64,000 bases of DNA from NCBI GenBank assembly GCA_951406725.2, contig OX597836.1, forward strand, positions 19,592,001-19,656,000, given 5' to 3'. Position numbers and translations under genes: made by a program. This DNA is from Octopus vulgaris. Its lineage: Eukaryota. This document shows positions 38,551 to 51,268 of this stretch, piece after piece. Below the pieces are notes generated by a model. That model was not told the origin of the DNA. It did no database searches and saw only the letters and a program-made list of their open reading frames with translations. Position 1 is the stretch's first letter; each line of letters opens with the position of its first letter.

Positions 38551-38799
38551 TTGTCCTCCTACCCACCACTTGAGAACCGGTGCTGATTTGCTTTATGTTT
38601 CTGTGACTTAACAGTCAGGCAAAAGAAACTGAAACAAAATATATACTAAAGTTGATTTGTTTGACTAAAACCCTTCGAAGTAGTGCCCCAGTATGGCCGC
38701 AGTCAAATGACTGAAACAAGTAAAAGACAGAAGAAAAAAAAAGGTATTTATACTCATATACACTGTACAGAAATATATGAATATAAATAAATAAATGAA

Positions 38800-41700
38800 A
38801 TAATGAAACTTAATATAAAGCAGTTTATTGATGAAAAATATGCATTCAAGAAGTTACAATGTCACATGGTAATTAAATGGATAATGAAACTAAAAGGTAA
38901 AAAAATAATAATAAACAAAAAAAAAAACCCAAATAGAGCACTGGGAGAGAAAGAGAGAGAGAGAGAGAATGTGATAAAAACAAAAGATATATTGCAAGAA
39001 TGAGCGAAATGATGTGATCAGTTTAAGGAAAATCTGTATGACGAAAAAAGATGTCATGTTTTTAATGTTTTAAGCAAGCAAAGAGAAATTAGCTTTAATA
39101 TTAGTTGATTATTATTATTATTATTATTATTATCTTCTATAGGCACAAAACCTGGAATTCTGGGGGGACGGGGTTAGTTGGGGACATCAGACCCCACTGT
39201 TCCAACTGCTACTTGAGCACTTGGGTTGATGTAACAACATAACCCCTCATCCTCAAATAGTTTTAAAACATTATTTACAATTGACGGATATTTGTCCTCA
39301 TCTTGTTTGTTGTTATCATGTTATCAAGTGTCTTGGGGTAATTTTGAACCTGGGTTCTCATCCGTAAGGTATTTTTCGATATTATCATTATTCAGGTCAT
39401 TACCTGGAATTGAACTTGGAATCTTGGGGTTAGTAGCTAGCGTTCTTAACCACTACGCCATATGGCATAGTGGTTAAGAGTGTGGGCTACTAACCCCAAG
39501 ATTCCGAGTTTAATTCCACAGGTAGTGACCTGAATAACAACAACATCAAAAAATACCTTAGGAATGAGAACCCAGGTTCAAAATTTCCCCAAGACACCTG
39601 ATGAAGGCTGGAGGGTAAATCAGTCGAAACATTAACAACAAACAAGATGAGGAGAAATATCCATCAATTGTAAATAATGTACATAATTCCTCATCTCTTA
39701 AATATAGAACTGTATAGTTTAAAGATTTAATAAAATTGAAAAATACCTAAGATTAAAAATTCATCTCAAAAGCAAAAAAGTATTTTCATATATTAAAAGA
39801 AATATTTAAATTTTATAATAAAATCTATTTCTAATTTAGGCACAAGGCCATTAATTTTGAAGTGAAGGAAGTTGGTCAGTTGCACTATCCTCCAGTACTT
39901 TTAATCAACCTGAAAGGATGAAGGTAAGGTACAGGTGACCTGACCACGACAAGATTTGAACTCAGGACATAAGCAATCGAAAGAAAGGCCACAAAGCATT
40001 TTGCCCAACTCTCAACAATCCTGACAATTCATCACTCTTAAATTTTGGCACAAGTACTTGAATGCTAGTGTGGTTTATCGACCTTGAAAGGACGAAAAGC
40101 AGAGTTGACCCCAGTGGCATTTGAAGTCAATCTAGAACTGGAAGAAATGTTACTAATCATTTTATCCAATGCACTAACAATTCTGCCATATTTATAATAA
40201 TAATAATAATAATTATTATTTCTACTATAGGCACTAGGCTTGAAATTGTTGGGGAAAGGACAGACGATTACATTGGTCCCCAGCAGCCAACTGGTACTTA
40301 TTTTGTTGACCCCAAAATGATGAAAGGCAAAGTTAACCTTGGTGGTATTGGGGGTTCAGAAAGCAGAGCTGAAAGATATGATGCTAAGCATTTTTCTCTG
40401 ATGTGCTCATGATTCTGCCAGTTTGCCGCCTTATATATCAATAATAATAATAATAATAATAATAGTGACCAAGGCAAACAAAAATGGAAATTAATTAAAA
40501 ATGAAAAAAAAAAGAGCTGTAGAGATTCTATGCAGAGAGAAATGTTACCAAAAAACTATTATATGAAAGTGCACAGGTTAGTTATATAATAAAGAAAATA
40601 TCAAAGAAGATATATATGCACAATGGGAGGAGGGAAAGAGGGAAAGAATATTATGTGTTAAGAGCAGTTATTTTTTTATATTTCAATAGAGTGAAGATTG
40701 TTAGTGGATAAAATTCAAAAAAAGTGCCAACTATTGCAACTAGGAAAAAAAATAAAACCAAAAAATATTTTTTTAAACTTTGCTTCAATTTCTGATGGAA
40801 TAAATGAAAAAATAAATATATACATACATAGGTATGTATATAGATGTATGTCTTTATATATGTGCATATATGTGTGTGTATAGATTTATGTATATATATA
40901 TATGAAAACTTAGTAACTGTGGCTTATTTTAGCCAGCCTTTCATTATATATATATATACACACAAATACATGTCTATATGCGTGCATGGATGTATGTGCA
41001 TATATATATACATATATATATATATATACATACATATATATATATATACATATATATATACATATATACATACATATATATATATTTAAAATATATATGT
41101 ATATATATATAATATGTATGTTCATTTGTGAACCTAATAACTACTTTTGATTATATACATGTCTATACATACACATGTATACACACATATATATATACAC
41201 ACATACGTTATTTATATATATGCATATATCACAGTCCTATTGAGGAAGGAACAGCAATAAGATGTATAGCTATGGTGTTTCTCAGATCAAGTGACCGGGA
41301 GCTAAAAAAAAAAATGATGATAAAAATAATGGCAGAGAGCCAGTTCATTAAACAGCTGGGACTAATCTAATCAAATCTAATCTATCTAGAAAGCAGCAAT
41401 AGTAGTAATAGTAGTAGCAGTAATTAACTAAGTCTTTAGCACCACAGTAAACTACCCTCCCTCCCAAAAAACCAACCAACCAATCAATGACTTGTCAAAC
41501 CATCTCTTGAATACTTGTTACCAATCCCAGCGGAAAAGTCAGTAGTGTTTAGCCGAAGAATAATCTGAAGCAGGTGTATGGTCTAATTTGATGTATAACA
41601 GGTTTGTTTAATTGACTGAATATTCTTAGAATAGTGACAGTGAGCAGAAGAAATAGGGAATCCATTTCATGGGGTAACAGAAAACTCTAAATGGTGTTCT

Positions 41701-42808
41701 TAATATACGGCAAACTTTTTTTTCCAATTTATTTAAACGATATGGTGCCTCTGACATGATTTATAACAATAGCTTTCAAGTGGAGCTGTTTACTTCAAAA
41801 CTTAAAATAAAATTGAAAATGCAGCAGTAACTTTTATATTGACAAAAAAAAAAAAAAAATAATAATAATAATATTCAATTAATCTTCAAATGGATTTCAC
41901 CAGTATATTAATTAACAGCCATAATTGTATTTAAGAAAAAATGTATATATTTTAAATAGACATGATTTAGAAGATATCAAAATTGTATGACGATAATGGC
42001 TTGAATGACAAAGTGAGAATTTTAAAAATGGTTTCAGTAGAAAGATGTATATTTTAATTACTTGTACCCCTAATAGATGGTTCCACATCTATTTGCTTTT
42101 TTTAATGACTTACAAATTAAAATAAAGGAATATATACAACATGCATGTACATATGTATACATGCACACACACACATACATACACATCTGTGTATACATAT
42201 TATATACACATTTATGCATATATGTTTGTATATGTATGTATATATGCTTACACATATATGACCCTATTTTAAATACCCTGCTTTAAGGGAGTAAAAATAA
42301 ACTGAAATACTCCAGAATGTACTTCACATTGTTAAACCTAACATGCAAGTTATTTTTTTTCATACACTAATTAAAAAGAGGAGGGAGGGGGGGTCAGTAA
42401 GGCAGCCAAGTGAAAGAGAAAAACATTTAACAAGATATGTCATCAAATGGTATTAGAGATAATTATTTAATCAAGGATCAAATCTCAAAATACTTCCTAG
42501 TTTTGTTCTTTTCATTAAAAAAAAAAAACCCAAAGTTTTACTTTCTTTTTTTGTTTTTTTTTTCTTCTTTAATACCAAATTCTTTAACAGAACAGACTTC
42601 TCCCACCCACCCCTCATTAACAATGTTACACACAGAAATATCTGTGCGGTTGTGTTTATCAACGATTCCTCAGAGTCTGTTTCACACACCTCACTCTTGT
42701 GCCACTATCAGCAATAACTGTCGATGATCTAATAGGTAGGTAGATGCTGCCAAAATATCAGGTCTACTCGTTTCCCTGGCCCACTAATGGCACCACAGCC
42801 ATTCCAGC
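38800..42808 (-). other. Probable lamin 3' UTR (end uncertain)
   Basis: AT-rich sequence downstream of the predicted stop; minus-strand AATAAA candidates at 41728-41733 and 38824-38829. Confidence 0.4.
39270..39712. mobile_element. Head-to-head inverted pair of a tRNA-headed, hammerhead-bearing short element (another copy at 46165-46400)
   Basis: Palindrome centre gccatatggc at 39457-39466; ACAC-CTGATGA-A-GGCTG..CAGTC-GAAAC at 39594-39630. Confidence 0.75.
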
Positions 42809-42813
42809 TTACC
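42809..42813 (-). CDS. Lamin last exon, coding part (GG TAA completes Trp and stop); 3' UTR follows leftwards
   Basis: Long polypyrimidine acceptor ttttttcttcatttctttctAG|GG TAA; phase complements the 28-nt microexon. Confidence 0.75.
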
Positions 42814-44032
42814 CTAGAAAGAAATGAAGAAAAAAATTAAAAATAGCCAAGTACAAAAATATTCCACATGCATTTTACAAAACAAGTTAAGTTCGTTTAA
42901 TCAGTTAGAAAATAAACCCCCTCACACTTACAGTAAAAAAACTACTAACCATTTAGAAGACAGGGTACAAATAAAGCTGCACAATAAACTAGACTGGCAC
43001 TTTGTTGGTTATGACAAAGAGTTGCTCTGATCAGTGGAACAGCCTGCTCGTGAAATTAAAGTGCAAGTGGCCAAGCACTTCATGTACATGTGTACCATTC
43101 ATGTAGTTCTCAGAGAGACATGGTGGGATACAGATTGTGACAAGGCTGGCCCTTTAAATTACAGCTGAGAGGACTGGAGCAATGTGAAATAAAGGACACG
43201 ACATGCTGCTGGGAACCAAACTCACAAGAGAGAGATAGGGAGAGAGAGAGAGAGAGAGAGAGAGAAGGCCAATCCTTTTTGCAATTGAGCGTCTGCTCTT
43301 ATAGGACTGGTGCCTGCGTGTCTCAATAGAATTGGATTTTAAGGAATTTTTAATCAAAGTGAAAAAAGGCTAATGCAAGAACTTGTACATTCTGTTCAAC
43401 CTGCTAGAAATATCTACGGAAACTCTCTCAAATCATATTCTACTGTCTTAGAAAAGGCCACATTGGATAAGGTGATTCTGTGACAGGAAAAAGAGGAATT
43501 CCACAGCTCAAGACTGCCTACGTATAAACAACATATACACATACACACAATAACCATTTATATATTTTGTATTGTACGACAGTTGTAAATCATCGGTTAG
43601 ACCAGTTCAATCATTAATTCACACTATTTGTAATGATGACGGTGACAATGGACCATCTGTGCAACTTGGGTGGAACAACTATCATTCATGGTATTTTGCA
43701 TTCAAAAGCATTTCTTTTCATGTCTATGCTTATATTTTTTGCCATTGCACATCAAAGAGAGAGATAGACTCATCACCACCACCACCATGCATTTAATGAG
43801 CTACATTTTTTGTCTACCAAATTCCATTTGTATGAAATCAGTGAACTGAAAGCTATGGCAAAAGACTAATGGTGCAGCATACTGGGTTTAACCAGGGGCC
43901 ACATGGTGGTAGCAAAGTAAAATGCTTCAAATCATTTGAAGCCTTACACTGCAGCAACCATTTCTTCACTATATAAACAGAACAAAGACAAGAAAATTAT
44001 AGGTATATATAGATAGATATATATATACTTAC

Positions 44033-44060
44033 AGAATATCCAGCCTTTCTTTTGGGGAGT
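44033..44060 (-). CDS. Lamin 28-nt microexon encoding TPQKKGWIF plus the first base of the final Trp
   Basis: ttttgttttgttttctcacttgtAG|ACT CCC CAA AAG AAA GGC TGG ATA TTC T|GTAAGT; phase 0 in, phase 1 out. Confidence 0.8.
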
Positions 44061-45023
44061 CTACAAGTGAGAAAACAAAACAAAATCAATTTCATTCATG
44101 TAAAAAAAAGAAAAAAAAAAAAAAAAAAAGAAAAGAATTTAATAAAAATCTCAAAAAAAAAAAAAAAAAAAAAAAAAAAGAGAGAGAGAGATAAACACAA
44201 ATCCATATGTTGCTATTAATGGTAAAATGGTAAATGAATAATGTTTAATGAGATCAACAGGATGATGCTGAATTATAAAATATGAGTTAGCCAAAATAAT
44301 GAGAAAAGACAAAGATGGTTTAAATCAAGAGATGAAAAAATGATTGTTAGGCTACCCCAACAAATGATTGCTTCATGTGTTTGTGTATTGTGTACCCGAG
44401 AATGGTATTACATTTATTCCTTCATTATGATAATTTCAACAGTACATATATTGGTTTCAAATTTTGTCACAAGGCCAGAAAATTTGGAAGAGAAGCTAAG
44501 TCGATTAAATCAACCCCAGTGGTCAACTGGTACTTATTTTATCAAACACCGAAAAGATGAAAGGCAAAGTCAACCTCGGCAGAATTTAAACTTAGAATGT
44601 GAAGACAGATGAAATACCGCTAAGCATTTTGGCTGGCGTATTAATCATTCTGCCAGCTCACTACCTTAAAGGATCATGTAATATTATCACATACATGTGT
44701 TCCATGTTCATCTTGTCAAGCAAAGTCAAGACTTTTCCTGCATGTAATCACATGTAATACACTGTAATAGTAGACAATCATTTATATTCATGATGTATCC
44801 AAACCCTGTATTGTTGAAACAATTGTAATGAAGGGAATAAATGTGATACCATCACCACCAGTTTTGAATATGCTATATCAGACTCTACAACCAACAAATT
44901 CTCCCTGGAATTTCAATGTGTAAGGAATGATTTCATTTATGTCCATTTCTATGCACATTAAAGCCAGCATTTCTGAGAGCACAACCTGAGGAAACTACTT
45001 GGATTTCTAAATCCTCTTTAACT

Positions 45024-45060
<37 letters not shown>

Positions 45061-47077
45061 TATATATGTACATATATATATTGGCCTGCTCGCTTAGCCA
45101 GCGGGGTGGCATCATTTGAAGGCTAAAACAATGCGAAGCACATTGTGACCAGCGATGTGTAACAACATCTGATGGTCTGGTCGGTCACGTGATATATATA
45201 TATATATATATATTGCTAAATTTTATTCGATTATTTATTGTTAAAACACAATAAATGAAAATGACTGGTGACTGAACAGATTTAAATGAAGTGGTTTAAC
45301 GAAAAACAAACTTAGATGAGGTTAATGGTTTGAAAGAAATTATTGCAATCACTCATTTCAGAAATGCATAGATAGATCAGAGAATACCCAAAATATTGAT
45401 ATTGATGTATTTGTTCAAACTAAGGTTTGGGGGAAATACAACCAGCTGAAACTGAAGCTTTGAAGAGATAATTAAACACACACACAAACAAACATGAAAT
45501 AAAAGCCTGTCAAATGGAATGAAGATGAAAATTAGTATAATGAGGGGGTGAAAAGACAATAATAGAATATAGAAATGTAATTAGCAAACACATTATAACT
45601 GACCCTACCATACAACAATGCTATAGATCTCATCCTTCATTGAGTAAGTAACCACTGATAACACACAAAAAAACAAAACAAAATAGAGTAATCAGCTGAA
45701 CACTCAAATGGGCAGAGTTCAGCATCTTGACAGGCAAACCAAGACGGAAGACCTAGTAATACAACAGTCATTTGGCTGGTACCTCACCACCATTATATTA
45801 TGTGTGGCTGCTACACACCTCAAATAAGTAAAAATGAGAAAAAAATAATAAAGAACACAAACTAATAAAGGCACAAAAGAACTCACAGATTTGGGGAAAA
45901 AGAACAGTTAATTAGAATACTCTTAGTCCTTAATTTATTGCCCCTGGAAGGAAGAGGAGCATAATTGACTTTGTTGGGATTTGAAATCAGAATGTGCTAG
46001 TCTGTTGCAATGTTGCTGGAACTGATTTACAGTTGATTGGGACCGGAGCAATGTGAAATGAAATGTTTACCTCAAGAACACTATGCACTGCCTGGCCTGG
46101 GAATTGAAACCACAATCTTATGATCATGAGTGCAACACCTTAATCACTACACCATATGGCCATGGGCATAGTGGTTAAGAGCACGGGCTGCTAACCCCAA
46201 GATTCCGAGTTTGATTCCAGGCAGTGACCTGAATAATAACAACATCGAAAAATACCTCAGGAATGAGAACCCAGGTTTGAAATTTCTCCAAGACACCTGA
46301 TAAAGGCCGGAGGGTATATCAGCCGAAACATTGTGTTAACAACAAACAAGATGAGGACAAATATCCATCAAATGTAAATAATTCCTCATCTCTTCTAACT
46401 ATATAAACGAATGCATTTTGCACCAAAAAAGCCAATATGAGAGTTTCTTTCATATTAACTACCATAGTATAGTTTGTTCTAACAGAACATCCACCATTTA
46501 AGTGAGGATAAATATTTGTTATATGTTGTTAAATACTTTGGTCTAATTTTATTGATTTTGTGCCCAAGTGGTTCAAGAAAACATTCATTAAAGCTAAAAT
46601 GGTTTCCAGTGAAAAACTGATGAAAAACCTGTTTTAAATGAATGTCACTGATGGATAGAGAAAAAACAACAAAAAAAAAAAGAATGTGATGGTGAAATGA
46701 ATTGTTGGTTGATGTTGAAAACAAAATAAAATTTAAGACAGCAATATGCAACATTTTTTACTTTTTATAGAATTAGTAAGTAAACAAATAAATAACAACA
46801 AAAAAAATGATTAAAAGGAAATAATACCATACCATGCAACGGTGCACAAGCAAGTGATCAGTGATTAAAGTTAGATAAACACTGCTCTAAACCAACAGGC
46901 GTTTTAAGCCGGACTTTGACAGACACTTCCAGTCAAGTTGTTGGGGATGGGAAGAAATAAGGGACTAAAAATGTTTTACAACTGCAAAGCAAAATGAGAC
47001 CCAATAAGGACAAGCCCACCAAGTTGTGACAAAATCCTGAGAAAGATACTAACTATCCTACACCCTGTTGGCTTTAA

Positions 47078-47288
47078 CCCTTTCGTTACCAACCCGGCTC
47101 TGGTTCTGTAGTATGAATGTCTTGTTTTCATAAGTTTTAAATTAAAATCTTCCACCAAACCTTAGTCACAATTTATGTTCCTAACACTAGCTTCATGATA
47201 ACCAAGTTATTTCACTAAATTCTTTGTCATAATTAAAGTAATTGAAAGAAACCCAGAGCGTCTCAAAATAAATACGGTAACAAAAGGG
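47078..47288 (+). mobile_element. piggyBac-type MITE family A
   Basis: TTAA TSD; TIRs; same internal sequence as the 10-kb cluster. Confidence 0.9.
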
Positions 47289-49552
47289 TTAAGCAAAACC
47301 TGATAACTGCATCATAGTCCGTGACTAAAGATGATATACAATTAAATGGTGCCAGGTTAACTATACAGCAACTCTTAACTAAGCATTCCTGTCTTTCTGT
47401 CTTTGATTCTTTCTGTATCTCATGTCCCTCCATTGCTGTTGGTCAACACCACTTCGGCATCACTGTAAACCATGGGGCCGCGGTGATGCATCAACTGTTC
47501 ACTAGGAATTCATTGCTAACCTTACATAAACCTCTTCACGAGGCTTCAGGAATTCACCAACATCTCATTACAACCAATTCTATAGTTCCTGCTAGTAACT
47601 GAGAACTACTACTTGTCTGTAAGCAATAATCTGCAGCTAGATCCAGCTACAGATTAGCGACATCAACTTTAGTCCAAGAAAGCAGACTATTTTTGTTCCT
47701 TATACTAAATAAGTATTTGTAACATATTGTACAAGGCCACTAATTTAGAATAAGAGGTTAGTCAATTATATTGACTCTAATACTTTATTTTATTACCTTC
47801 TGGAAAGATGAATGGGCAAAGTTAACCTTGGCAGGATTTCAAAACAAAATGAAGAACCAGAACAATAGCATAAGGCATCATTTTGTCTGGTGATCTAAGC
47901 ATTTTTACTAACTTTGAAATAAAAACATACTTCTAATAAAGAGTATTACCCCTCTCCATTCCAGTTTATTACTGGTACATATTTTACAAATTATGAAGAG
48001 ATGAACACCAACATGTGACAACTATAGCGTTTCTGCCCCAGGTGTCACTCAAGAAATAGCAACTAAATCTTCAATACAACTTACTATATCAACAAAAAAA
48101 AAAAGAGTCTTCATACAATGCCTGAATAACTGACAGGAATAGTAATGGTAGGAACATACTTGATTATAGGTTTCCTTGATTATTGCTAACTCGGGGTTAA
48201 ATAAATAACAAGGAAATCTACAAGACTGTAGTCTTAGATAGACAATAGACCTCTCACCCCAAAGGATAGCCAAAATTAAAGTGACACAGGTATTGGTCTG
48301 CAGGATCGAGGATGGCCTAGGGCTAAACAACAACTAAATATCGAGCTGATGAGGGTACATCAATCTGTGAGAAACAGCAGCTGAATCTCCCTCAAGTTAC
48401 ATCCTACCATCTTACAGAGAAGGACACACTGGATAACATTCTAGCTAATCCTATATGAAAACAGGATGGTCATGGCTGGAGTGCCTCCGACGATCAGGTT
48501 GTCTACAGCTGAAAGTGAGATCTGTAAAAAAAAAAGTAACAACTGTGTGTTGAGGTTGAGAGAGGAGGAGGGGACGACACTGCAACCTCTTCGTGTGGAA
48601 CAACATTAATGCTAGCTCTAAAGCATGAACAAGTGTTGTGGAAAGCCATGTGGTAACAAGAGCAACATTTACCCAGCAACAGCAAAAAAAAAAAAAAAAA
48701 AAAAGGCAACAATTTGGAAACAAAACAATTTGCTAAACCTACTGAATTTTATGCTGTTATATAATCCTGTATCTCCCCTACAGCAAGACACCTGAGCTGG
48801 TGTCTCTATCCTACTTTAGCCCTCAACACTGGGCAAAAAGCCACCTTTTCTTCTCTCAAATACACTCTCTCAGTTGAGGGCGTGTCTTTCTTTTTTTGTC
48901 TTGCAAACTACTTGGTGTCCTCAACGAGTGTCACACACACAAACACACACAAAAAAAAAACCATCCAATACACATTGTAAAGTGGTTGGCATTAGGAAAG
49001 GGCATCTAACCATAGAGACCATGCTAAAGCTGACATCAAAACCTCTATAAATGGCTGATGATTGCTCAACATTTTAAAACTGATGTAATACTTACAATGT
49101 TTAATAAAATGATGTAGCGTGAAACGATCGTACCAAATTACTGAAGAGTCTAATTCAGCTCCTTGGGACCCTGACAAACTTTCCAACCCATGCCAGCATG
49201 GAGAATGGATGTTAAATGATGATGATACACAGTAAAGTATATTACCTATTCAAAGTATAGGGAGTCACTTTCCACCATCACTGCCCCGCACCATAATAAT
49301 GGTCACTGTTTTTTAGGTCTATGTCCACCAAAGCAGAACTGGAATGAACTAATTTAATTCTTCACTATATTTCAAATAATAGTCTCTGCTGTGTGTCTGT
49401 GTTTCAGTTAATTTGGATTAACAGAATCAAAGATTTGAAGACACTTTGTAAACTACAAGTAGTTCAGACTGGACAATCCAACTGTCATCTCAAACAGTTG
49501 TGTGTGTACAGGGAATCCTGATTTTGAGCTCTGGATTTTTGAAAATTTAAAG

Positions 49553-49960
49553 AGGCGTAGAAGTGGCAGTGTGGTAAGTAGCTTGCTAACAAACCACATG
49601 GTTCCGGGTTCAGTCCCACTGCGTGGCATCTTGGGCAAGTGTCTTCTGCTCTAGCCCCGGGCCGACCAATGCCTTGTGAGTGGATTTGGTAGACGGAAAC
49701 TGAAAGAAGCCTGTCGTATATATGTATATATATATATATGTATGTGTGTGTGTATACGTTTGTGTGTCTGTTTGTCCCTCCAACATTGCTTGACAAACAA
49801 TGCTGGTGTGTTTACGTCCCCGTCACTTAGCGATTCGGCAAAAGAGACCGATAGAATAAGTACTGGGCTTACAAAGAATAAGTCCCGGGGTCGATTTGCT
49901 CGACTAAAGGCGGTGCTCCAGCATGGCCGCAGTCAAATGACTGAAACAAGTAAAAGAGAG
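49553..49960 (+). mobile_element. Abundant tRNA-derived SINE, full-length copy
   Basis: ggcgtag...gtgtggtaag...ggttcagtccc head; tail cagtcaaatgactgaaacaagtaaaagag. Confidence 0.85.
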
Positions 49961-50616
49961 AGAGAATATGAAAATCAAACAGATCAATGTGGAGCACTGC
50001 TTGCAAGTAACTTTTGCATTATTTGACTGATGTTAAAGGACAAAAAAAAAAAAAAAAAAAAAAAACAACAACAGAAGTGGAGTGGGGGATAGGCATAAAA
50101 TTACGAAACAGAGGTAGTGGAAGGAAGTTCCATCAGATGTTAACATAAAAGGGAAAAGGAGCATAGGTTACAAAAGGAGATTTGTGGTTTGGAATTAATC
50201 AGAGGGAATAATTTTGTATAATAAAACTGAAGGGATCAGTAGGTTTGAGAGACAGGAGGTTGAAGTTTAGATCAAAATAATTTAAAGCATTAAAAAAAAA
50301 AAAAAATCAAACAAAAAAAAAATCCCAACCCAACAGAAACTACGAAATTATTCTAAGTTAGTCAGGTGTGAGATAACAGTAATAGCAAGATTATAACACA
50401 ATGATTAAACAATTATATGCTAAAAGAAACAGTGTCAAAATCACATTTACACGGAGAAGGATGAAAGCAATTGGCTCAGTTTTTAATAGAAATAGTAGAA
50501 AATGAAATGAGGTTGACATCCATTCTTTCAAAATTAGAAACACTAACTTTCTTCTTTTATCAAGCTCATTGAAATATTTTCATTAATGTTCTCGATATTT
50601 TGGAAAAATATTGGAT

Positions 50617-51268
50617 CAGTGGCTCTCAACCATTTTTTTTGCCTATGGAACCCCTTTTATTCTTATTTTAATTCTACTGGACCACCCATAGCCATTCACA
50701 GTATAAATATAATAATTATTTGAGGGAGTATATATCCAAACTTACAGGGTAAAAAAATTCAATTTAGAAATACTAAATCAAATTTCAAACAATATAATAT
50801 ATATATAAAATTAGAAAAAAACCCCACCTTTTATCAATTCAAAATGAACAATTAAATTAAACCATCTAGAAAATTACATATACATATAACAGAAATATTA
50901 AAATAACAATAAAATATCAATAATTAAGTAAATTACAAGAAAAATAATAAAATGTATATTTTATACGATTTTATTATTTTTTTTTACAATTTACTTAATC
51001 ATTGATATTTTATTGTTATTTTAATATTTCTGTTATATGTAATTTTCTAGATGGTGTAATTTAATTGTTCATTTTGAATTGATAAAAGGTGTTTTTTTCT
51101 AATTTATATATATATATATATATGAATCTTGCTGTACTTTTGTAATTAAATATTAGGAATTGTATAAAAAGAAATTAAAATATTTTCTGTATTGCAAAAG
51201 TACAATCAATTTATTGCACATAAGTCTCAACAATAAAATCTTATCTGGATCCTGATCGAGAACCACTG
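50617..51268. mobile_element. hAT (Charlie-like) non-autonomous element containing a nested foldback
   Basis: CAGTGGCTCTCAA...CGAGAACCACTG ends; degenerate 8-bp TSD tattggat/cattagat. Confidence 0.7.
50808..51105. repeat. About 300-bp near-perfect AT-rich palindrome flanked by (TA)n
   Basis: Arms aaattagaaaaaa...accttttatcaattcaaaatgaacaatt... mirrored about 50960. Confidence 0.9.

Noticed and set aside
48345-48385. CTGATGA...GAAAC hammerhead-like motif
   Set aside because: Stem II and the cleavage site do not form convincingly.
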